Below are positions 1-10,443 of a DNA stretch of 64,000 bases, one piece after another (positions within the stretch are counted from its first letter, which is position 1; every line of letters starts with the position of its first letter). The notes under the pieces are model-generated. The model was not told where the DNA came from. It did not search any database and worked only from the letters and a program-made list of their open reading frames with translations. The DNA is taken from contig NIVC01001160.1 in assembly GCA_002269645.1 (NCBI GenBank), positions 127,372 to 191,371 on the forward strand, written 5' to 3'. The position numbers and the translations under genes were made by a program. The DNA is from Macrostomum lignano. Lineage: Eukaryota.

Positions 1-63
1 GGATGTTCGCGGCCCAACGATGCGGTTATTTTTAGGCTGGGGACGCCTGGCTGTCTGGTTCTG

Positions 64-270
64 CTAGTTCTGCTGGTCACTCTTGGTGCTGAGCAGGTAC
101 CTGATAAACATCTGGGAGCAGTCTTTTCCCCAGCGGAGACTGTTGGCGGCGCGATGCTGGCGGTAGTCATGGTCGAATCGGACCACCCGGTGCACTGGGA
201 ATCGGTCGAAAAGCTCAGCCACTTGGATTTTGTACCGGGCGTAGTCCTTGGCTTGTTCCACCGCGGCTCC
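64..270 (-). CDS. Possible terminal coding exon of an unidentified gene (QAKDYARYKIQVAELFDRFPVHRVVRFDHDYRQH...)
   Basis: GC-rich open frame ending in a stop at 64. No family recognised and splice boundaries not resolved. Confidence 0.25.
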   Translation of the reverse strand, partial: GAAVEQAKDYARYKIQVAELFDRFPVHRVVRFDHDYRQHRAANSLRWGKDCSQMFIRYLLSTKSDQQN

Positions 271-1749
271 GCCCCCACACCCCCGCAAGGGGGCTTCGCC
301 CCCTTGACCCCTCTCTGTGCACTCACTCAAATTTATGATGCAACTTAATAGTCAATCGACAATGGGATTCCAACACGCCGACTCGTGCGTCAATGGCAGA
401 ATCGTGCGTCAATTTTGCCATTGACACACTCATCGGCGTGCAGGAATCATTCATTCTTGAGTTGTTTGGCTGTTAGATTGTCAGCGCGGAGCATATTGGC
501 AGTGAGATATCGATATCTTTGGTAGCCAAAAAAATTTTTTGCCAAGCATGCCAACGCTGAGGGCAGAGCACGCGAATAAAAGGACCAGCGCGACCCCAAC
601 CCCCACCACCCCACACCACGCACACCGCACCCACCCCCACCCAGCGGGCAGAGGCACCGGCCCGGTCAGCTAAAACCGATTACAGAGCCAGTAAAACCGG
701 CCCTGAAATCGCAACATAATATTTGACTGGATTATTATCAATTGCGAATTGATTAAAATAAACTCGATCCTAGCGGGCGCTACATCGATATCGTCCATTA
801 CTAATCGATCTAAATTCGTCACACCAAGTTGCTGTTCTGACGTGTAAGCAAAAAACCTGACCTTCTCTTTATTGTAACTCATTTCAGTATTTCACTCATT
901 TTACCTATAGAAAAGTATGGCAGACAACTCAAAAACAGAAAGACAACTACTAACTTTAGACACCAGTAAAATTCTTTTAAACCACGGCTCTGGTTTTTTA
1001 CCATTAATTATATAGGCTTCACGTTCTACCTGATAGATTCTTTTAAGTATTCGACTGAGAGCCCAAACTTTACATAGCTGCTTGGCCCATATACATGAGT
1101 GTGTGTGTAATTTTTCATTCATTTATATACCGCAGTTTAGAAGTTACCTTGGGGGGGGACTAATTACTTTTGGAACACCAGAGTATTTTGAATTTTTACG
1201 TGACACAGTATTCTGAATGAAGGTGAGACAGAAGACTAATTAATTGAATAAGGTTCGCAGCCACTGGCGGTGGCTACTTACAAAGATGGCACTTCATCAA
1301 AAAAGGGTTGTTTCACGGCCACGGGAGCAAGAAGGTGTGCAGTTCGTATAAGTGCTCATCAAGATAGACTTTCGACCGTATAAATAATGTGAAACAAAAA
1401 CCCGGCAGAGTAAGAGCTAAAAGCAATCCCTTGACTCGTACATTAATTTGAATATTTGCAGACATGGAACACTATTAAATAACAACAAAGAAACATTCGA
1501 AACAAAACGAGTTCATCACGCAATTTATGTGGCGACAATTTCAGCTCCCCTTTTCGAGGCTATCCGCTGAGCTTATAAGAAAATTTTCCTCACAAGAAGC
1601 TCCCATATGCGCATTATTGAATAAACCTAAACTAAACTATATCATGTCATTTTATAAATAATGAGGTATCGGGGCTCCCAAATAGGCATATTACATGCAT
1701 ACAGCCAGCAAGCTATCTAAAGAAAAAGTTAAGTCTGTTGAGTTCATAA

Positions 1750-2167
1750 ATCCATGCAGTCTCAGCTCCACGGGGTGACTCAATCCATGCAGTCTCAGCT
1801 CCACTGGGTGACTCAATCCATGCAGTCTCAGCTCCACTGGGTGACTCAATCCATGCAGTCTCAGCTCCACGGGTTGACTCAATCCATGCAGTCTCAGCTC
1901 CACGGAGTGACTCAATCCATGCAGTCTCAGCTCCACTGGGTGACTCAATCCATGCAGTCTCAGCTCCACGGGGTGACTCAATCCATGCAGTCTCAGCTCC
2001 ACGGGTGACTCAATCCATGCAGTCTCAGCTCCACGGGTGACTCAATCCATGCAGTCTCAGCTCCACGGGGTGACTCAATCCATGCAGTCTCAGCTCCACG
2101 GGTTGACTCAATCCATGCAGTCTCAGCTCCACGGGGTGACTCAATCCATGCAGTCTCAGCTCCACGG
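1750..2167. repeat. 33-bp minisatellite (TCCATGCAGTCTCAGCTCCACGGGGTGACTCAA), about 12-13 copies
   Basis: Direct tandem periodicity; explains ORFs 1691-2002, 1754-2008 and 2037-2225. Confidence 0.95.
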
Positions 2168-2185
2168 ATTAACTCCCCCCCGTCA

Positions 2186-3420
2186 TCACTGGCGAATCAA
2201 GCATTCGAAGTTCTTCATCGAGTAGAACAGCGTCAGCTCCAGGCCAGCGTCGTGCAGATAATAGTACATTCCTCCGCCTGAAAATGCGGCTGGTGGCACC
2301 AGGTACACTCCGTTGGGGTTGATGAAATTGCACCAGCCGAACCACCAACCAGCTGACCTGTCATGGGCGCAGCTGCCCTCAGGCCAGTTGTCATTGTCAG
2401 CATCCGGCGTGCTGAACTGCCAGTTGTTCGGTGACCAGTCCCAATCAGTTCGCTGTCCGACACTCGACCTGCTCGCGTCCAACGGTCCCATCGAGCACCT
2501 GTACTTGTCAGTCGCTGGGCCAACAGAGAACGGAGCATTCTCAGCCCAGTACCAGGTGCCGTTCCAGTCGCTGAACTCCCAGCGGACTCTCCACCCTCCA
2601 GTGGCGGTGAGCTGGTGCAGCTGCTCCAGCCCCATCCAGTAGTTGAGACTCTCGCCCTGACCGAATCCATTGACGTATTCCGACCAGCCACGGTTGAAGC
2701 TGACGGAGCCGTCGACTCTGCGCTGGAACGTCGTCCAGCAGGTCTCCGACGGCTCTTTGATCTGCAGTTTGAGAGACAGGACGATTCATCAGTCAGCGAC
2801 CCAAGTCTCAGCTCACTCACCCACAGCATCATCAGCAGACTCAGCTCACTCACGCACAGCACCGGCAGACTCAGCTCACTCACCCACAGCAACAGCAGAC
2901 TCAGCTTACTCACCCACAGCACCGGCAGACTCAGCTCACTCACCCACAGCATCATTAGCAGACTCAGCTCACTCACCCACAGCATCGGCAGACTCAGCTC
3001 ACTCACTCACAGCACCGGCAGACTCAGCTCACTCACCCACAGCATCATCAGCAGACTCAGCTCACTCACCCACAGCAACGGCAGACTCAGCTCACTCACC
3101 CACAGCATCGGCAGACTCAGGTCGCTCTCATGCCGGCACTTCCTGCAGCCGTCCTGGCCACCTCGGTCGCACACCAGCAGGTCGCAGCCGCCCGATGCAG
3201 CGTCGAAGGAGGCCGCGTGAGCCCCGGCCGCCGCAGCGCTGCTGACGCAGTGCGTCTCGCCTTGAGCTCGGATCGATTTGAGCAGCCGGTACTCGGAGAC
3301 GTCACCTCGGAGCTGCTTCCAGGTCGTGACGGCCTGGGCTGAGACGGCCGGCAGGGCGAGCAGGGCGCCACAGCCGAAGGCAGTCCAAAACAGCAACGCA
3401 ACTGACTGCAGAATTCTCAT
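2186..3420 (-). CDS. Secreted fibrinogen-related domain (FReD) protein with N-terminal PAN/apple-like segment; 2 exons (3420-3100, 2761-2186), about 298 aa
   Basis: Exon 1 opens with signal peptide MRILQSVALLFWTAFGCGALLALPAVSAQA and ends TGG|GTGAGT (phase 0). Acceptor ...CTCTCAAACTGCAG| at 2762. Exon 2 reads IKEPSETCWTTFQRRVDGSVSFNRGWSEYVNGFG...YWMGLEQLHQLT...FSTPDADND...CA...GWWF..C...NPNG, the canonical fibrinogen C-terminal motifs. Confidence 0.9.
2806..3120 (-). repeat. 30/33-bp minisatellite in the FReD intron; the unit copies the exon 1 end plus the donor site
   Basis: Minus-strand unit CTGAGTCTGCCGATGCTGTGG|GTGAGTGAG, about 10 copies. Confidence 0.92.
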
Positions 3421-3901
3421 TCTGACTGGCGGTGAAAGCATCGAATCGGTGATGGGGATTCTGCAGACAGGGGGTGCTAAAAGTCTCATTTGATGGGTTT
3501 TTGTCTTTTTATAAACTGCCTTCGCTTTGTCAGCGATGCCTCCGAGCTGCATGAAGAAGTTGGCCAGCATCTCTTGTGCCTCATCGTCATTGTCATCATC
3601 TTCATGGGGTATTGTCGTTTACAAGAAATGGATCACTTCCGGTTCTATCGTAGTCATATTGTTGTATTGACTTTTACGTAGCTTTCTACTAGGGGAAGTT
3701 TCCGTGTGTCAATCGTGACCTAAGTTGGCCAGCAAGTCTCAGTTGTTGGGGTTAACCTGAGCTTTTCTTGTGTGAATTTTGCTCAGAAACAAATGGAGTC
3801 TGTTTTTCAGTCGGATATAGCATTATGCATATTTGCCTTGTGTGCAAACAGTGCAGTGTGGAGCTACAGGTCAATGGGAGATTTCCTTAGTTTGCATGCA
3901 G

Positions 3902-3904
3902 ACT

Positions 3905-3937
<33 letters not shown>

Positions 3938-3950
3938 GACTAACTAACTG

Positions 3951-4009
<59 letters not shown>

Positions 4010-4040
4010 GACTAACTAACTAACTAACTAACTAACTAAC

Positions 4041-4083
<43 letters not shown>

Positions 4084-4157
4084 AACTAACTAACAACTAA
4101 CTAACTAACTAACAACTAACTAACAACTAACTAAAAACTAACTAACAACTAACTAAC

Positions 4158-4189
<32 letters not shown>

Positions 4190-4219
4190 TACTAACTGAC
4201 TAACTAATTAACTAACTAA
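3902..4219. repeat. (CTAA)n / (TTAG)n microsatellite
   Basis: About 320 bp of near-perfect tetramer repeat. Confidence 0.97.
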
Positions 4220-4414
4220 GCAAGTAACTGAATAACCAAACATTTAATAATTTAAAGACTCGATATATCTAAGCAATATAAACTGGAGGCGCCGTTCGCT
4301 CTTCAAAGAAATGCACCATTACCCACGCAGACAATTTTGATCCGAGTTTATCGAACAGCGTACTGAGAGAAAAAAAACAATAAAAAGTGTCACGTGACTC
4401 TCGCAGCAGCGGAG

Positions 4415-5080
4415 TCAATCGGTGCAGAGGCCGAATCGACCAACAACGGGGTCGAAACCGATGCAGTAGAGACCCTCGCAGCAGTCTGCGCGGCGCCTGC
4501 ACACGTTGCCAAGGCCGTTGCACTGCCGGCTGCAGCCCGCCGCCTCCCTCGGAGCTGCGCGAAGGGGAGCGGCGATTGTGTGAGCTCTTAAAGATAATGG
4601 TAGTCAGAATTTACGTCTGGGAAAGATCACATCTGTCTGCTGGGGATCACATCTGTCTGCTGGGGATCACATCTGTCTGCTGGGGATCACATCTGTCTGC
4701 TGGGGATCACATCTGTCTGCTGGGGATCACATCTGTATGATATAGGTCAAATTTGTCTGGGTGGAGGTCAAATTTGTCTGGTGATGGTCACATCTGTCTT
4801 GTGAGAGTCACATCTGTCTGGGTGGAGGTCACATCTGTCTGGGTGGAGGTCACATCTGTCTGGTGGAGGTCACATCTTTTCGGTATAGGTTACATCTGTT
4901 TGGTGAGGATCACATCTGTCTTTAGGATGTCACATCTCTCAGATCACATCTGTTTGGATAAGGTCACATCTGTCGGAGGTGAAACAGGTGCCATTTGGTC
5001 AGAAACTACAAATTCACTTTTTACTCACCCATGAGCAAAGAGGCAAAAAGTACCAACAAGAGAAAGCCAATCTGCCACAT
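4415..5080 (-). CDS. Secreted inhibitor-cystine-knot (conotoxin/knottin-like) prepropeptide, 73 aa; exons 5080-5029 and 4584-4415
   Basis: Manual translation: MWQIGFLLLVLFASLLMA HTIAAPLRAAPREAAGCSR QCNGLGNVCRRRADCCEGLYCIGFDPVVGRFGLCTD*. Exon 1 ends ATG G|GTGAGT (phase 1) and joins ...TTTAAGAG|CT. Cys spacing C-x6-C-x5-CC-x4-C-x12-C. Confidence 0.85.
4618..4975. repeat. About 20-bp tandem repeat (GGGATCACATCTGTCTGCTG, degenerating to GGAGGTCACATCTGTCTGGGT) in the knottin-1 intron
   Basis: Direct periodicity. Confidence 0.9.
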
Positions 5081-5307
5081 CGCGCTTTGTCGGTCAGCTC
5101 AGCGTCAGCTTTTCAAATATCGCTCAACGTTTTAAATAATGCTCCTACTTGTCCTTAACAAATTCCCATGCGACTTTGATTCAGTTTGCTGCTGTGGCCA
5201 TAGACAGTGTTGACTTGTTTAGATTTCTATAGTTGCTCCTCAGGCCTGGCAACTTGCGTGTCTTCAGGCTTAGGTAATTTTTGCAGCTTTTGAGTATCTT
5301 CTTTTAA

Positions 5308-6271
5308 ATGTCAACCAACACACCAGGTCGCTATCTGAGACTTGTAATCTTTCTTGCTCTGCACACAGGTCAGTCAGTTATACTTTGTTTAATAATACCA
5401 CTTTCATGAACTTTGTATTATTACGGGGGTGGGGGGCGCAGCCCAGAGGTCCAGTGCGGTGCTCTGATGTGCCAGCGGCCCAGGCTCGATTCCAAGTGTA
5501 GTCGCCTTAATTTGGGCCTGAATTGGAATCTCTGCTCGGCTCTGCTCGTGCAATTAACGCCCTTTGAGGGCCGACCCTCAAGGAAGTGGGAAGTGTACAT
5601 GCCGAAACGATAAATTAAGTCAGGGCCGCTGTGCACTCCTGTGTGAGTGTGTGCCTGTGCGTGTGACTGCGTACGTGCACACAGCCCCTGCCTCTATCAA
5701 TACATACATGCACGCCTGTTCCAACTGTGTAAAATACAAAAACAACTGTACGCAGGCTGCAGCCACCCTGGCGCAACGCCTTCGGAGGCATCGACCCACA
5801 GCCAGCGCTGGGGCAATTCTGCTCATTCAGCTGACTCCTGAGCACACTCAAGAGCGCCAATAACTGTACTCAGGCACGCACTCGTGCACACGCTCACACA
5901 GGGTGCACATCAAATCGTTAGAAAGTCAAAATCCTGGTAGGAATCGAACCAGGAGTCGTGGCGCGAGACTCAGAGTTGCTCTTCCCAGCCCGTGTTCAAC
6001 TCAGTATGCCCAGCAATCCACTACCTTCCCAGCAGCTCCCGGAATCCTGGGCAGCCGACCCTGTGGAAAGGGCGGCGACCCCTGCACCACCGGCCCGGAC
6101 TGCTGCTCGGGCGCCTGCGACGCCAACCCCGCGTTTCCTTTCGGCTACTGCATTCACGGCTCGACCGCGGCAGCCAAATCCGGCAGAAGTTCCGGTTTGC
6201 AAGTCAGCCAGCGTGTCACCATGCTAACACTGGCCTGCCTGTTGCTGGTGCGAGTGGGCCGAAATTTGTAA
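5308..6271 (+). CDS. Inhibitor-cystine-knot (conotoxin-like) peptide with C-terminal hydrophobic tail (possible GPI signal); exons 5308-5368 and 6033(or 6036)-6271
   Basis: Exon 1 MSTNTPGRYLRLVIFLALHT+G|GTCAGT (phase 1). NAGNAG acceptor ...CCTTCCCAG|CAG|. Exon 2 APGILGSRPCGKGGDPCTTGPDCCSGACDANPAFPFGYCIHGSTAAAKSGRSSGLQVSQRVTMLTLACLLLVRVGRNL*. Spacing C-x6-C-x5-CC-x3-C-x10-C. The exon 1 assignment is inferred. Confidence 0.78.
5450..5677 (+). repeat. Dispersed repeat of about 230 bp, copy A (second copy at 23051-23286)
   Basis: Shares GATTCCAAGTGYAGTCRCCTTAATTTGGG, AAGTGTACATG and the identical CACTCCTGTGTGAGTGTGTGCCTGTGCGTGTGACTGCGTACGT with copy B. Confidence 0.8.
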
Positions 6272-6574
6272 TTTGCAGTTCATACAAATATTATTCGTAA
6301 TATCATTAGCTGTCTGTCAGCATTCCTTCCGCTGGGAAGACAGCAAAAATGAAATACATTATTTTTAAATAAACTACGAGTACATAGTCATAGGCTTTGA
6401 CCTCGTAAAGGCACCATTGTTGATTTCTTGAAGAACATGACGATTAGGGCAAAAAAGCATCCCCAATGTGCTTTGGCTCAAAAAGCAACAGAGCAACCCC
6501 ATGAGCCACAGATTTGCATCAATTCCTGTATGAACTTTTGACATCTTAGCAATCCTCCCCGAGCCAGTTATGTT

Positions 6575-7792
6575 TGACGTGACCCTTCTTTTATTTGAAA
6601 TGACGCTTCTTTTGTTTGACATCGGGCTTCTTTTGTTTGACATGACGTGTGTTTTAAGTTTTACATGACGTGTCTATTTTTACATGACGTGTCTATTTAT
6701 TACATGACGCTTCTTATATATGTTTTACATGACGTGTCCTTTATGTTTGACATGACGCGTCTTTTATGTTTTACATGACGTATCTTTTATGTTTGACATG
6801 ACGCGTGTTTTATGTTTAACATGTCGTGTCTTTTATGTTTAACATGTCGTGTCTTTTATTTTTGACATGACGCGTCTTTTATGTTTAACATGTCGTGTCT
6901 TTTATTTTTGACATGACGTATCTTTTATGTTTGACATGACGCGTCTTTTATGTTTTACATGACGTGTCTTTTATGTTTGACATGACGCGTCTTTTATGTT
7001 TGACATGACGCGTCCTTTATGTTTTACATGACTCGTCTTTTATGTTTGACATGACGCGTCTTTTATGTTTGACATGACGTGTCTTTATGTTTGACATGAC
7101 GTATCTTTTATGTTTGACATGACGCCTCCTTTATGTTTTACATGACTCGTCTTTTATGTTTGACATGACGCGTCTTTTATGTTTGACATGACGCGTCTTT
7201 TATGTTTAACATGTCGTGTCTTTTATTTTTGACATGACGTATCTTTTATGTTTGACATGACGCGTCTTTTATGTTTTACATGACGCGTCTTTTTTTGTTT
7301 AACATGTCGTGTCTTTTATTTTTGACATGACGTATCTTTTATGTTTGACATGACGCGTCTTTTATGTTTTACATGACGCGTCTTTAATGTTTGACATGAC
7401 GCGTCCTTTATGTTTTACATGACTCGTCTTTTATGTTTGACATGACGTGTCTTTATATTTGACATGACGCGTCTTTTATGTTTGACATGACGCGTCTTTT
7501 ATGTTTAACATTTCGTGTCTTTTATTTTTGACATGACGTATCTTTTATGTTTGACATGACGCGTGTTTTATGTTTTACATGACGCGTCTTTTATGTTTAA
7601 CATGTCATGTCTTTTATTTTTGACATGACGTATCTTTTATGTTTGACATGATGCGTCTTTTATGTTTTACATAACGTGTCTTTTATGTTTGACATGACGC
7701 GTCTTTTATGTTTGACATGACGCGTCTTTTATGTTTGACATGACGCGTCTTTAATGTTTGACATGACGCGTCTTTTATGTTTGACATGACGC
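6575..7792. repeat. About 23-bp AT-rich minisatellite (TTTTATGTTTGACATGACGCGTC)
   Basis: About 1.2 kb of direct periodicity. Confidence 0.95.
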
Positions 7793-8244
7793 CAAACTCC
7801 AAATATAAAATATATGCACCAATGAAATGAAAATTCAGAACTTCAATGTGAGTTCACGCATCAAATCAAGGCGTTGATTGAAACTCCTGATTTATGATAA
7901 ATGAGGGAGATTTCTGGCAGCAAGATCTCTTCAATTGCTACAAAAGTCGCCACAACTGACAAGCAAGTTGAATGAAGGGTCGCCCAATGAGCACAGGCAG
8001 TGCAAGGATCACTGAGCCTGGAATCTGGACTGTCTACCTGTACATAGGATTGTTTAGCGGATTGGGAAGAAATCAAATTTAAACAGTGTAATTTGAATCG
8101 GGATATTTTGGTTGGCAAACCAAATTTAAATCCATTATACGAAATAAAAATTTTGAACTAAAGTCGTTCTCTCCATATAGTGATACCCGACTGTATGCTC
8201 AGATGTGATGCAAGTAGCTATTTAGAAACAAAATGCACTAGTTA

Positions 8245-8405
8245 GTTACTGCAACTACAACTGCAACTGCAACTGTAACTGTAACTGTAACTGCAACTGC
8301 AACTGTAACTGCTACTGTTAATGCAACTCTAACTGCAACTGCAACTGCAACTGTAACTGCTACTGTTAATGCAACTCTAACTGCAACTGCAACTGCAACT
8401 GCACT
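8245..8405. repeat. (ACTGYA)n hexamer satellite, left block
   Basis: Same unit as 10444-13039. Confidence 0.9.
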
Positions 8406-10443
8406 TGACTTACTTGACTTAGCTGCACGGGGCTCCGTGCGTCCGGAAACAGCGAGGAGGCGTTGCTGCCCATTTCGCTAGCCCCTGGCGACCACGGGCA
8501 GCTAGTGCTGCGGTGTCGCGCAGGGAGTTCCGGTGGCGCCGATGTCCGCAGCGTGGTCCCCCTCCGGAGGGTCCAGGAGGTGGACTGCCGCTCGCCCAGT
8601 AGCCCTTAGGTAGCGGACGAGCTGGCAGAGATTCTCGGGCCTGAAAACGTCGGAGAGGTCCGGGTTTGGGCCGAGGTGGGTGAGCCTGTCCTGAGTAAAG
8701 GCGGGGCATTCACAGATAAAGTGCTCCGCATTCTCGACACCGGAGAGGCAGAATGGGCATTCCTCACTGCGGATTTTTCCCTGGAGGTAGCGATGCCTGG
8801 CAAAACAGCCATGACCCGAGAGGGCCATGGTCACCGCCCTGATGTCCCTGCGGTTGAGTCCAAGCAGGGCCCTGTGGAGGGCGGGGGAGAACAGGGGACA
8901 GCCGCGCGGGATTCCCGGCAGTCTGGGGCGTAAGGCCACATTTCCTTGTGCTTTGAGCCACCCACTGGTTGATCCGAGTGGTGACAACGGCGGTGGGGGT
9001 GGGGGCCACGGGCAGAGGACCAGTAAAAGAACCGGTTGGGCCATCCTTGGCCAGGCGATCGGCCAACTCATTGCCGGGGTGGTCCGAGTGCCCTGGGATC
9101 CACCTTAGGGACACCTTGTTGGAGGCGCCTAAGCGGTTGAGCTGCCCGATGCAGTCAAGGACTGTACGCGAGCAGGTGGTGGTGCGCTCAAGGGCGTGAA
9201 TAGCAGATTCACTGTCCGAGTGGAGGGTAATTTCCTTCCCCAGACGCGCTGATTGTACAGCTCCATGGCACAGGAGCAGATGGCGAGAACTTCGTTCTGG
9301 AAGACGGTGGAGCAGGTGCCGGTGTGCTGGGAGAAGGTCGCCACAGTTCTCCCTCCAGACACGATGCAGTAGCCGTAGCCAGGGGCGGAGTTGATTTGGG
9401 TCTTGTCAGTGAAGCAGTGGATTTCACGGGATTTCCAGTTGTCCCTTGCTTCATGACGTGGTGGAATGCTGTTTTGAATTTGAGCGGAGAGCAGAGCGTG
9501 GACGGGATTCCGTCCGAGAGGGTCAGCAGGCCTCCCGCTGCTTCCAGGTCTCGCATGCTGAGGTCGCCGTGCGGCCATAGGTTCCGCTTTCTAAAGGCGA
9601 ACTGCTTCTGGATTTGGACACCCGCGTCAAGTAGACGGCGGGTGGTCTTCATTGCCTCCTTTCTGACAAAGAGGTCGAGGGGGGAATGTCCATGAAGGAG
9701 TTCATCCCAGCGAAGGGCGTAGAGGGAGCCGCGCTCATGATAGCTCGACAAGCGCGGCCTTGCACCCTATTTAGAGCCTCAAGAACCCCTTTCACCTCTA
9801 GAGCACTGTTCCAAATGAAGCCGGCGAAGATGGCCGGTCTAACAATGGCAGTGTAAATCCACCAGAGGCGGCGGGGGGTGAGGCCCCAGGTGGCGCCGAA
9901 AGCTCTGCGGATCTGCGCGAGAGTCGCGAGGGCTTTGCGGGCTTTGGATTGGACGTGCGGAGTCCAACTCAACCTGTGGTCGAGGGTGACACCCAGACAT
10001 CTGGTTTGTTTCTCCATGGCAACGGGTTTGCCATAGAGGGAGAGCGGTTCGATCCTCCAGTTTCGGCGACTGGTGAACATAATAGCCACGGTTTTAGACT
10101 CAGAGAACCTGAGACCGCAGCTATGTGCCCAGCGCTCGGCACGGTGGATGAAGGCTTGAAGGAGGTCCCTGAGGACCGCGGGTGATGGTCCAGCCACAGT
10201 GGCGGTAACATCGTCCGCATAGCCGACCATCTGAACCGGGTCCGGATGCGGGCTGCAGAGCAGCTCGTCCATGGCTAAATTCCAGAGGATCGGGCTGAGG
10301 ACTCCACCTTGCGGTTCGCCTTTCTGGACCTCCACAGAGCGGGAGTGTCCCAGGAGGTGCGAGGTGGCAGTACGATGGGAGACCATGTACATGATCCAGT
10401 GGATAAGGTGCTCGTGCGTGCCCCGGGATTCCAGGGATTCCAC
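8406..10443 (-). mobile_element. 5'-truncated, frameshifted non-LTR retrotransposon with RT + RNase H + C-terminal CCHC (LOA/R1/I-group-like)
   Basis: RT motifs PQGGVLSPILWN, VGYADD, RCLGVTLD. RNase H motifs [31 protein letters not shown]. Zn finger CPFC...ENAEHFICEC. These are split over several frames. Confidence 0.88.

Noticed and set aside
264-312. GGCTCCGCCCCC...GGGGCTTCGCCCCC short palindromic motif
   Set aside because: It resembles a common small invertebrate repeat; single copy here and too short to classify.
1750-2167. Regularly spaced repeats suggesting a CRISPR array (also 40035-41391 and 43605-44330)
   Set aside because: There are no unique spacers, no cas genes, and the context is eukaryotic. 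These are head-to-tail minisatellites.
3902-4219. Interstitial telomeric repeat
   Set aside because: The unit is TTAG, not TTAGGG or TTAGG; an ordinary microsatellite.
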